Part shown: piece after piece, positions 11,250-22,039 of the stretch
Position numbering within the stretch: the stretch's first letter is position 1
How the letters are laid out: each line of letters begins with the position of its first letter
Origin: Nymphaea colorata
Taxonomy: Eukaryota
Length of the DNA: 64,000 bases
Reading direction: 5' to 3'
Assembly (NCBI RefSeq): GCF_008831285.2
Contig: NC_045138.2
Span: forward strand, 22,196,001-22,260,000
Notes under the pieces: generated by a model
What the model saw: the letters and a program-made list of their open reading frames with translations, nothing else
Told to the model about the DNA's origin: nothing
Databases searched by the model: none
Position numbers and translations under genes: made by a program

Positions 11250-12699
11250 AGAACTGGTTCAATATGCAGATGACATCGTAGTCTTTGGACGAACATTGTC
11301 TGCACCATAATTGTTCGATATGCAGATGACATCGTAGTCTTTGGACAAGCTACCGTTCGACAAATGGTGCAGACAATGTTCATCTTAAAGGCTTTCTCTA
11401 TGCTTTCTGGCCTCTATATTAATGACTCTAAATGCTCAATTTCCCTCTTCAATGTCAATCAGGAGGTTAGAAGGGCAGCCTCTTTCATTTTTAACTGTCC
11501 ACTTGCCAATCTCGCTATCTTTTTTGGGTCTTGCTCTTAAAGTAGGGAGGTTTACAACCGTTGATTGGACTCCATATGTGGACAGGGTTGAATCAAGATT
11601 GTGGTCATGTCAACAACATATCTCTTGATGGAAGGTCCATTGACCCTTATCAAGCATGTGTTGTCCACAATTCCTATGCGCTTAGTGTCTCTTGTGCCGA
11701 TGCCAATTATAGTTCAAAAAATTTTTGTGGGATGATCGGTGCTCTACTACATCCAAAAGACATCATGTTGCGTGAGATTTCATTTGCTTGCCAACAAAAA
11801 GCGGAGGTCTTCAAGTTCCTAACCTGCCTGGAAAGACTGTTGCTTTAGTTCTCAAAAGATGACATCAGATTCTCGTTAAGGATGGCGCGGGAAGCAAGTT
11901 CATTTTGAAAAAAATACCCAACTCCCTATAGAACTCTCAGCTGCCCATCAAGCCACCTCATCAGTCAAGAAGTCAAATTTTTAATGCTTGGTTACAAGTG
12001 CTGAAGTCTTTTAAAGATAGATCATCCAATAACTCTCTACCTTCTCATCATCTCGTTTGGGTAGAAGATGGACAAGGTTCTAACTCCACATCCATGGTCT
12101 ACCACTCACTTGTACAACCCATCCCTGCCCCTTTCCCATCCATACTCTTGTGGAGCATGGGTTTGCCTTTGAGGATGAAGTTGCATGTTTGGTTCATCAT
12201 TTTGAATAAGGTTCAAACCCATGTCAACCTGAAACCTTGGGGGATTTTTCTTTGACAAACCAATGTGTTTTATGCTACAAGGCCGGGGAAAGCTCATTTC
12301 ACTTATTTTGAGGGTGTTCAGAAGCACAACATATTTTCCATGTGTCATGATGTCAAAAACCTTCTCCCTTCGTGTCCCAGCAGTCTTTTGTGTGTGACCT
12401 GCTCTTTGCTCCACAGGAGATCCACAAATTGAAGAGATGGCATTTTCTTTAGAGGGTTTGGCTATGTTGTTTTTGGTGGTATATTTGGATGATGAGGAAT
12501 AATGTTTTCTTTAGAGGATATGTGTTTGACATTCAAGTTTTACTTTTCAATCTCCCGGCAGATGTCACTTCCATTGTTAAGGCGTTTTGGTGCCTTGATT
12601 TTCTCTCTAAATTTTCTCATCATTTTTGTTCTAATTTGTTGTACTTCACATACATCCATTGCTCTTGGATGTATTTCGTTGGAATGAATTCATGTTGAG

Positions 12700-12731
<32 letters not shown>

Positions 12732-12780
12732 TATTTCGTTGGAATGAATTCATGTTGAGCTCTCTCTCTCTCTCTCTCCC
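11250..12780 (+). mobile_element. 5'-truncated degenerate L1-type LINE (end of RT domain plus zf-RVT region)
   Basis: LVQYADDIVVFG RT motif, then ...SGLYINDSKC, FLGLALKVGRFTTVDWTPYVDRVESRL, and LWSMGLPLRMKLHVWFIILNKVQT (zf-RVT-like), then RNNVFFRG. Many stops and frameshifts. Ends in a 60-bp tandem duplication with (CT)n (12662-12778). Confidence 0.75.
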
Positions 12781-13021
12781 CTTCAAAGACAACATGAGGG
12801 AAAAGATGACCTAGTTCTTAAACCCGGATTGAATGTCGCGTGGTGCAACCCTTCTGCCTTTTCGATTGCATGTCAATTTAGAACATAGGATTGAATGTAG
12901 ATTTTGTTGTTTTTGTGGGTTGGGGTAGGGGTTTGGGGTGGGGAGCTCCAACCCGATTTTAGATATAAAATATATCAGTTTTTTTATAGAGTTCTGCCAT
13001 TCTACAACCAAATGTCTGGTA

Positions 13022-13134
<113 letters not shown>

Positions 13135-13347
13135 CGCAATCCAATTCCATTTAATTACAGCAATCTGATGCTATCATGATGTATTGTATTGAGAGAAGTG
13201 GTCAAACACACCGTTTAACACTATGCATGGGAATGCAACGAGGGGCGGGGGAATCTGGACGGAGAAATCCAGATGTAAGCTCCAGCGTATATAACATATC
13301 CACGCCAAGCCGTACCGATGCAGGAGTAACCTCCACCGTATCAGTTG

Positions 13348-13561
13348 TCCATCCACTTAGTTTATGTTCCAACTCGACCTGGTCCATTGTCCCATACTAA
13401 AAGACTTAGGACCAAAACTACCGTAAACTCCTACCTAAAGTTGAACACTTCTTCCATCCACTTAGTTTATGTTCCAACTCGACCTGGTCCATTGTCCCAT
13501 ACTAAAAGACTTAGGACCAAAACTACCGTAAACTCCTACCTAAAGTTGAACACTTCTTCCA
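13348..13561. repeat. Two-copy 105-bp tandem duplication upstream of LYK5 copy 2
   Basis: TCCATCCACTTAGTTTATGTTCCAACTCGACC... starts at 13348 and again at 13453. The homologous region upstream of copy 3 (~30390-30515) is single-copy. Confidence 0.9.
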
Positions 13562-14520
13562 ACCCAACCCCTCTCCATTATTCGACCAATGAACTCATGA
13601 CTGTAGAAGCTAAGAAAAACTATTGCTTATCTAATGGCTTTAAAATTGTATCTGCTTTCTCCCATAAATTGAGTATACACATTTAATATTATCTTAAATT
13701 ATTTAAAATTCATAAAATAACACAATAAAAAATGACCTTGTCGGGTGCATAAGACCAACTGTCATTTACAAATTGTTAGTCATTACAACAACTCTCAGAC
13801 AACGTTTTCTTCTTCCACCGATAGCAAGGAAGGCCCCTTCTTTACTTCATTTTAAAAAGACCGGGAGCTCGAGGTCAACACGGAACGCGTTTCTGCTTGT
13901 CTCACCTGGCTGATGCCATCGCCGTCTCATCGTTCATAAGAAGAGGGAACCCGTTCAAGCTCGACAAACGAACCAAGTAGCAGAGAAATCGACCGAGAAG
14001 GTCACAAGATGATGTCCATCAGAGCATCATCCTCCTTCCTCTGTTTCCTCTCCTGCACCGTCCTCTCCCTACTCCTCCTCCCTTCTTCTCTTCATGCCCA
14101 ACAGGCATACGTCAACAAGACTCAATTCGAGTGCAACGTGAACCACTCCAACACCCTTGGCTTCCTCTGCAATGGGCAGCAGACTGCGTGTGATTCCTAC
14201 TTCATCTTTAGAGCTAAATCCGAAGTAAACTCACTTTCCGAGATCTCCTCCCTTCTAAATGCTGATTCTGCAAAATCATCTGAGATTGTTCGAATCAACA
14301 ACGGCTCGGACATGTATCAGACGCTCCCCGTCGGCAGACGCTCCCCGTCGGCAGAGAAGTGGTAGTCCCCGTGCCTTGCTCCTGCTCAGGCAAATACTAC
14401 CAACACAATTCCTCTTACATCATAAAGCAGAAGGACACTTATCTCAGAATTGCCAACGAAACGTATGAATCCCTGACAACGTGCCAAGCTCTCATGGCGC
14501 AGAACCCCTACATTAGCTCT

Positions 14521-17500
14521 TGTTAGTTAATTTGTTAACTAAATTAGCTATCTTCGAGCGCACGAAAACGGTATTCCGGGTTTCACGTGGATTACCAAAA
14601 ATCATGCGTGATTTGTTTTCAGTTTTTGTTGCGTGATTTGTTTACGTTTCAGTTTATTTGTTTCCCTGTTTTTGTTTCTCCTGTAGTTATAAATTAAGAG
14701 GCTGTAGACACAAGAAAAAAAATGCCAATTATCTTTTCCTTTTCTCATTCCCTTGTTATCCCGTGACCATCGTGTTGTACCCCTGTCGACATTTCTTTTA
14801 TTGCTTACATTTGGTATCAGACCCAGGTTCTTGATCCCAGAAGATGTCGAACCACGAGGGAAGCTTGTCGCCACGCCGTGAAGGACGAGGTCGTGAACGA
14901 CGCTTGAAATCGCCGCTCGTTCCACGTCGGGGTCGCCATCGGGTGATCCAGAGGACGATTCGGGAGGTCGGAAGTACATCCTACCCGATGCTCGAGCGCG
15001 ACAACTACACGGATTGGTCACTCATGATGAAAGTGATGCTCCAAGCAAGGGGGCTATGGGATGCCATTGAGTACGGCGACGCCGATCTGCAGGAAGATCG
15101 GGCGGCGCTCGAGGCACTCATCAAGGCGGTCCCGAAGGAGATGATGCGCGCCATCGCCCTGAAGCAAACAGCCAAGGAAGCATGGGACTATATCAAGTCC
15201 GTGCGGATTGGCTCCGATCACGTACGTCGATCGAAGCTGCAGAGGCTCCGGTTCGAGTACGAGACGATTGCGTTCAAGGAAGGGGAGGATCCGGAGGATT
15301 TCGCACTCCGGCTGAGCGCTCTACTGGCTCAACTCGCAGAACATGGCGAACCCGTTGACGAGCAGAAAGCTGTTGAGAAGTACCTCCGGGCTGCTCCACC
15401 GAGGTTCGGCCATGTCGTCTACACCATCGAGACTATGCTCGATTTTGCCACTCTATCCATCGAAGATGTCACTGGACGTTTGAAGGGCGCCGACGAGCGC
15501 GGTCTTTCTCAAGCACCACTACCCACGGCTTCCACGGAAAGCAAACTATTGCTGACCGAGGAAGAATGGCTCTCACGTCACAAAGGAAAGCCGGGTGCAG
15601 GAAGATCGTCGAGCAAGAGTGGTGGCCGCGGACGACGCCGCTGGAAGGGAAATCAGTCTGCGAAGGACGACAACGGTCGGAATAGTGGACGCGATGAGTC
15701 CAGACGTGAGCGCGACGCTAGTCGTGACAAATGTCACAACTGTGGCAAGATCGGCCATTGGGCGAAAGATTGCCGGCAGCCTCAACGCGAGAAGGCGTAT
15801 CTCGCACAGGAGGATGACGAGGAGCCAGCACTCCTCATGGCACAGGTGTGCTCCATCACCGACAACGTTGAGCCGCCACCATCGAGTTTTGTCAAACTCG
15901 ATGAGACGCACGCGCAGGTGAATCTTGGGTGTGAGGGAAAGCGCCGCGACGACATGTGGTACCTGGACACGGGTGCCAGCAACCATATGACCGGCAAAAG
16001 CTACCACTTTACTGAGATGGACTCGGGCATCACCGGCTCGGTGAAATTTGGTGATGGATCGATAGTTGACATTCACGGACGTGGCACGGTGGCGTTCGCA
16101 TGCCAGAACGGAGAGAATCTAACGATCACCAACGTCTACTACATTCCCAAGCTCAAGAGTAGCATCATCAGCATCGGCCAACTCGATGAGCATGGGTGCG
16201 AGGTGCTGATCCGATCGGGAGTGATGAAGATCCGTGATCAGAAACATCGTCTGCTGGCAAAGGTAACGCGCACCAAAAACCGCTTGTATATGCTCAAATT
16301 GAATATTGCAGGACCACTGTGTTTTTTGGCAAAACAAGATGAAGAGGCGTGGTTGTGGCATGCTCGCTACGGGCATCTGAACTTTGAGGCGTTAAAAAAG
16401 CTGGCGCAAGATGACATGGTGCGCGGGCTCCCGGTCATTAATCGTCCGGTGGAGATCTGCGACCATTGCCTCGCCGGCAAGCAGAGGCGTGCTCCGTTCC
16501 CGGCGTCAACACATCATCGAGCTGACGGCTTGCTCGATCTAGTGCACGGCGATTTGTGTGGACCCATCACACCAGCAACGAACGGTGGCAAACGCTACTT
16601 CCTCCTCCTAGTGGATGATGCCAGCCGCCACATGTGGCTATACCTTCTTGCAGGTAAAAATCAAGCATTGCCTGCCATCAAGCAGTTCCAAACTAGCGTG
16701 GAGGTTGAGACTGGGCGGCGTCTACGCACACTACGAACTGATCGAGGGGGAGAATTTACGTCGATCGAGTTCGAGCGGTACTGCGCAGATCGAGGGGTTG
16801 CACGGCAGCTCACGGCACCATATTCGCCTCAACAAAATGGTGTCGTCGAGCGGCGCAACCAAACCATCGTCGGCATGGCACGCAGCTTACTCAAGGCAAA
16901 GAAGATGCCACCCGAGTTCTGGGGAGAAGCTGTCACCACTGCAGTGTTCCTCTTGAACAGATCGCCCACGAAGAGCTTGAATGGCAAAACGCCATTTGAA
17001 GCTTGGCATGGGAGGAAGCCATATGTCTCCTTCCTGCGCACATTTGGTTGCATCGCGCATGTGAAGGTCTCTCGACCAGATCTGAAGAAGCTTGATGATC
17101 GCAGCCAGAAGATGGTGTTGCTTGGCTACGAACCAGGGTCAAAGGCATATCGCTTGTTTGATCCGGTTGCTCATCGGGTTCACATCTCTCGTGACGTGGT
17201 GTTTGATGAAAAGGCCAGTTGGGATTGGACGGAACCCGAAGGCCAGTTAGCTGCATCAAGTACAGACTTCATCATCGAGCATGAGACAATCATTGCCTCA
17301 GGAGATGCTACGACTGCGAGGGAGCAGCATGAGTCGCCACCACCAAACACATCGGACCACGCTCCAGGTGGGCAATATGCATCACCAACGACTGAGGCCC
17401 TCACCGAGCTCGACGACGATGATGGCGCACCACGACGTTTCAGACTCGTGAGCGACATCCTTGGGCTCCCACCCGATGAGGCGCAAATCACCGGCGCGTT

Positions 17501-19334
17501 GCATATGGTAAGTGCGGAAGAGCCTACCACGTTCGGCGCAGCTGAACGAGATCCAGTTTGGCGTCGAGCAATGTTGGAGGAGATGAAGTCCATCAAGGAA
17601 AACAATACCTGGGAGTTGGTCGAGCTCCCTGCAGGGCACCATGCGATTGGCTTGAAGTGGGTCTTCAAGGTCAAGCGAAATGAACATGGCGGCATCACCA
17701 AGCACAAGGCGCGACTTGTAGCGAAGGGATATGCGCAACGTGAAGGTGTTGATTTCGAGGAAGTCTTTGCTCCTGTCGCGCGCATGGAGTCAGTGCGGCT
17801 CTTGTTGGCATTGTCGGCACATGAAGGCTGGTCCGTACATCACATGGACGTGAAGTCCGCATTCCTGAATGGGGACCTGGTGGAGGAGGTTTATGTACAA
17901 CAGCCACCAGGATTCGTCGTCAACAAGCAGGAGCACAAAGTGCTCAGGTTGCGTAAGGCACTGTACGGACTGCGTCAAGCCCCACGTGCTTGGAATGCCA
18001 AGCTGGATGCTAGCCTCCAGAATCTGGGTTTCAGTCGATGCAAGGATGAGCACGCATTATACACACGACGGGAGCATGGCGAGGTGCTAATCGTCGGTGT
18101 CTACGTTGATGATTTGATCATCACTGGAACCAACATAAGTGGCATCACAAAATTCAAGCGTGAGATGATGTCCCTATTTCACATGAGTGATCTGGGGTTA
18201 CTCACATATTACCTTGGTATTGAGGTGAACCAAGGAAAAGGCGGGATCACACTCTGTCAAAGAGCTTATGCCGAGAAGCTTTTACACCAGAGCGGCATGG
18301 CGGACTGCAATCCATGCCTCACACCGATGGAAGAAAGGCTCAAATTGTCCAAGGCCTCACCAGCTCCATCAGTAGATGCCACTCGCTACCGTAGTGTGGT
18401 GGGGAGCCTGCGATATCTAACTCACACCCGACCGGACATTGTGTTTGCTGTTGGGTATGTGAGTCGATTCATGGAGGATCCGCGAGAGGATCATTTTGCC
18501 GCAGTGAAGCATATCCTCCGATACATTGCCGGGACACGAGGTTTTGGGGTCATCTACCCAAGAGAAGGAGGTGGACCGCTCTTGTTGGGATACAGTGACA
18601 GCGACATGGCTGGAGATCTTGATGGCCGGAAGAGCACCACCGGCGTCTTCTTTTTTCTCGGCATGAGTCCAATCTCATGGCAATCTAAGAAGCAGCGGGT
18701 TGTTGCTCTCTCTTCATGTGAGGCTGAGTACATCGCCGCCGCAACACCAAGGAGTATGGTTTCATCGGCTACTGCAGGAACTTATGGAACGGAAGATACA
18801 GGTACCGAAACTCAAGGTGGATAACAAGTCTGCAATTGCGCTCAGCAAGAACCCTGTCCTTCATGACCGGAGCAAGCACATCGACACACGATATCACTTC
18901 ATCCGTGATTGTGTCGAAGCGGGGCACATCATCCTCGAACATACGGAAACCAAGGAACAGCTTGCGGATGTGTTAACGAAACCACTCGGACGCATTCGAT
19001 TTCTCGAACTCCGCAACAGAATTGGCGTTGTCGAGATCAAGTGAAGATAACAAATTAGGGGGAGTTTTGTTAGTTAATTTGTTAACTAAATTAGCTATCT
19101 TCGAGCGCACGAAAACGGTATTCCGGGTTTCACGTGGATTACCAAAAATCATGCGTGATTTGTTTTCAGTTTTTGTTGCGTGATTTGTTTACGTTTCAGT
19201 TTATTTGTTTCCTTGTTTTTGTTTCTCCTGTAGTTATAAATTAAGAGGCTGTAGACACAAGAAAAAAAATGCCAATTATCTTATCCCGTGACCATCGTGT
19301 TGTACCCCCGTCGACATTTCTTTTATTGCTTACA
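14521..19334 (+). mobile_element. Young full-length Ty1/Copia LTR retrotransposon (5' LTR 14521-14809, 3' LTR 19068-19334)
   Basis: TG...CA LTRs that are identical except for two substitutions and a 22-bp indel (by eye). PBS TGGTATCAGA at 14812 (initiator tRNA-Met type), PPT AGGGGGAG just before 19068, and a gag-pol ORF inside. Confidence 0.97.
14844..19044 (+). CDS. Copia gag-pol polyprotein (gag, CCHC knuckle, protease, integrase, RT, RNase H) with one frameshift in RNase H near 18745
   Basis: [32 protein letters not shown]...[33 protein letters not shown] and SSCEAEY in the 1326-aa ORF. The end of RNase H (QGVW...DNKSAI...HDRSKHID...QLADVLTK) continues in the 18700-19044 frame. Confidence 0.92.
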
Positions 19335-21750
19335 CATTAGCACTAACCTTTCAATCCGTTTGAGCACTCTGGTGCCACTGATGTGTGCTTGTCCTACGAG
19401 TAACCAGTCTCTGAATGGTGTGAAGTTCTTGTTGACGTACCCGATCGTCGAGGGGGATAACTTGTCCAAGATTGTTGCTAAATTTGGTGTCGATAAACAA
19501 AGCATAGTCGACGCCAATGAAATCACGGAAGACACCACCATCTTCTTCGACACACCCCTTTTGATCCCTTTCAAGAAGGAACCGCCATCTTGGTCCCAAA
19601 TTCTTAACCCTTCACCGCCGCCATCACCGTCTGCTTTTCCGTCGCCCTCGCCACCTGCCAACGAGAGCCACAACAAATGGGTTTTCGTTGGCGTCGGAGT
19701 CGGACTCGGTTTCCTTCTTCTGGCAGTTATTTCTTGTTTGTTGGTGGTCTATTTGCGGCGCCGTCGTCACCGCCGTGGTGGTAGCAGTCATGCTCCGGCG
19801 ACTCCGACTCAGAAGCAGCAGAAACTCACAGAATCTTCTGTTTCCGTCGGTGATCTGTCCGGAAAAAAATCGTCCACTGCCATATCGGATAATCTTCTCG
19901 ACGCCGTCCGGTCCATGAATGCACAACAAATACGAAGAACTACGGAGGGCTACACATGGTTTCACTGAGGACTCCCTCATCAAAGGGACCGTTTACACAG
20001 CGGTGATCAATGGAGATCGAGCGGCCGTGAAAAGCATGAAAGGAGATGTCTCTAACGAGATAAAAATATTGAAACAGATCAACCATTCCAACGTCATTAG
20101 ACTCTCTGGTTTCTGCATTCATGAAGGGAACACTTTCCTGGTATACGAGTTCGCAGAAAATGGTTCCCTCAGCGATTGGCTTCATGGTCACAGATACCAG
20201 GACAATCAGTACTGGTCCAAAAGTACTTGCAGCCTCACCTGGAAGCAAAGAGTACAGATTGCCTGTGATGTCGCAGATGGCCTTAACTATCTTCACAACT
20301 ACACTAGCCCAGCGCACGTTCACAAGAATCTCAAGAGCAGCAACATACTGTTAGATGATAAATTCAGAGGCAAGATTGCCAATTTGGGGTTGGCAAGAGC
20401 GGTTGGAGATCAAGAAGATGGTTTGCACTTGACCCGTCATGTCTTCGGAACTCAGGGGTACATGGCACCAGAGTACCTTGAACACGGTCTGATCACATCG
20501 AAGCTCGATGTTTTCGCCTTCGGAGTGGTGCTCCTTGAGCTTCTTTCCGGGAGGGAAGCAGTCGGTCAGGCACATGATCAAGACAAAGTCGAATTGCTGC
20601 TGTCATCAGCTATTGGCCCAATACTTGAAGGGGATGATGCTAAGGAGAAGCTGAGAAGCTTCATGGATCCTTCTCTTGGAAGCGATTATCCTTTAGATCT
20701 AGCCCTCAATGTCGCTTGTCTGGCATGTAAGTGTGTAGCAGATGACATGAATTCACGACCCTCCATGACCGATGTCTTTATGACCCTGTCAGCTTCTATT
20801 GGTTGGAGTTCATCGACGAATTAAACATACGAATCTGCAGTTCTACGAATCTGCCCCACCGATTTCTGCAGGATGCTTATTCATGGTTTTACTTGAGTTT
20901 GGTTTTTGAGGCCTTTGCTTCCTCCCTGGTGTATGTATGTCTAGGAGGAAACTGTTGTACTTCCGACATCATTCTTATGGTATTGCAACTGATTTTGCTG
21001 TTATAGATCTTGACAAGATAACTCTCACGTACACGTATAGGAAGGAAGATACCTCTTTAGTCTTTATTGCTTTCGCTTTTAAATTGCCAAATTGGCACTG
21101 CAATGGAGACATTGCCGGATGAGTATGCTTTTTGTAATAACAGTGGAAGAATAATTTAAAATGTCAGCCAATTGGGCGTTCTGGATGTGTTTAAACTTTT
21201 AAACTATGCCAGTTCAAATGTTGTTTGTTTTCATTTGAAAGCAAAGTGTGGCTTTATTTGGTGGAGTTTCTGTTTAGAATCTTACAGACGAACATTGTAT
21301 ACATTTTTCTATGTCACAGCGGTGCTTGCAAATTGCTAATGTGCGCCTTCATTAAACTAAACAAAAAAAAAGCGACCTGTATGCATGTGGTGAATCACGT
21401 TCTGTTACATTCAAAGTATATGTCAAATATTCCTTCATATGGATTTCTGCAACATCAATGGGTTCAATTTGTTAGGAGGTTCCCAAACGTTGGACTGCTT
21501 CCACAAGGATAATACACGTTTAGCTTTCCTTTGCCTCTCTGTCAAGGAATATTCAAGGGGCATTTAGGTGATGAACGTCACCAGCATGACTGTGGTATAG
21601 TTGCTTGCACTTTGGAAGATGGGCCTCTTCTGTCTTTCATTTTCCATCTTGAACGGACATCAGGTCACTCTTCGTTTCACGTATAGTTGATTTTCTCGAC
21701 TTCATTGGTGGGGACAGATACATGGTCCACTCTTTTAAGTAAATGGACGG

Positions 21751-21864
21751 CGCTCGTCTGGCAAGTAAATGTGTAGCACAAGACATGAATTGACCCTGTC
21801 AGCTTCTGTTGGTTGGAGTTCATGAAGGAATTGAGCATACGAATCTGCAGTTCTTCAGAGGTAG
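21751..21864 (+). pseudogene. 3' remnant of a fourth LYK5-type copy (kinase C-terminus), followed by a copy-1-like 3' flank
   Basis: CGCTCGTCTGGCAAGTAAATGTGTAGCA...ATACGAATCTGCAGTTCTTCAGAGGTAG matches 9063-9204 with an internal deletion. 3' flank homology to copy 1 continues to 22039, resumes at 27351 after the second Copia, and reappears at 28190-28310 (matching 10467-10580). Confidence 0.85.
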
Positions 21865-22039
21865 TCAGTTGCCCTACCAATTTCTGCAGGATCTCCATTC
21901 ATGGTTTTACTTGGATTAGCTTATTGATGCCTTTGCTTCCTCCCTTGTGTATGTATGTCTAATGAGCAACTGTTGTACTCCGGACATCATTCTTATGCTA
22001 TTGTACCTGATTCTGCTGTTATAGACCTAGAGTAGGTAT

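Larger units (their letters stand above)
14009..20824 (+). pseudogene. LYK5: LYK5-type LysM-RLK copy 2, disrupted
   Basis: Colinear with copies 1 and 3. A 17-bp tandem duplication CAGACGCTCCCCGTCGG (14318-14351) causes a frameshift and stop at 14363-14365. Copia insertion at 14521-19334 falls inside LysM2. A +1 frameshift near 19915-19925 precedes the kinase domain. Confidence 0.93.
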
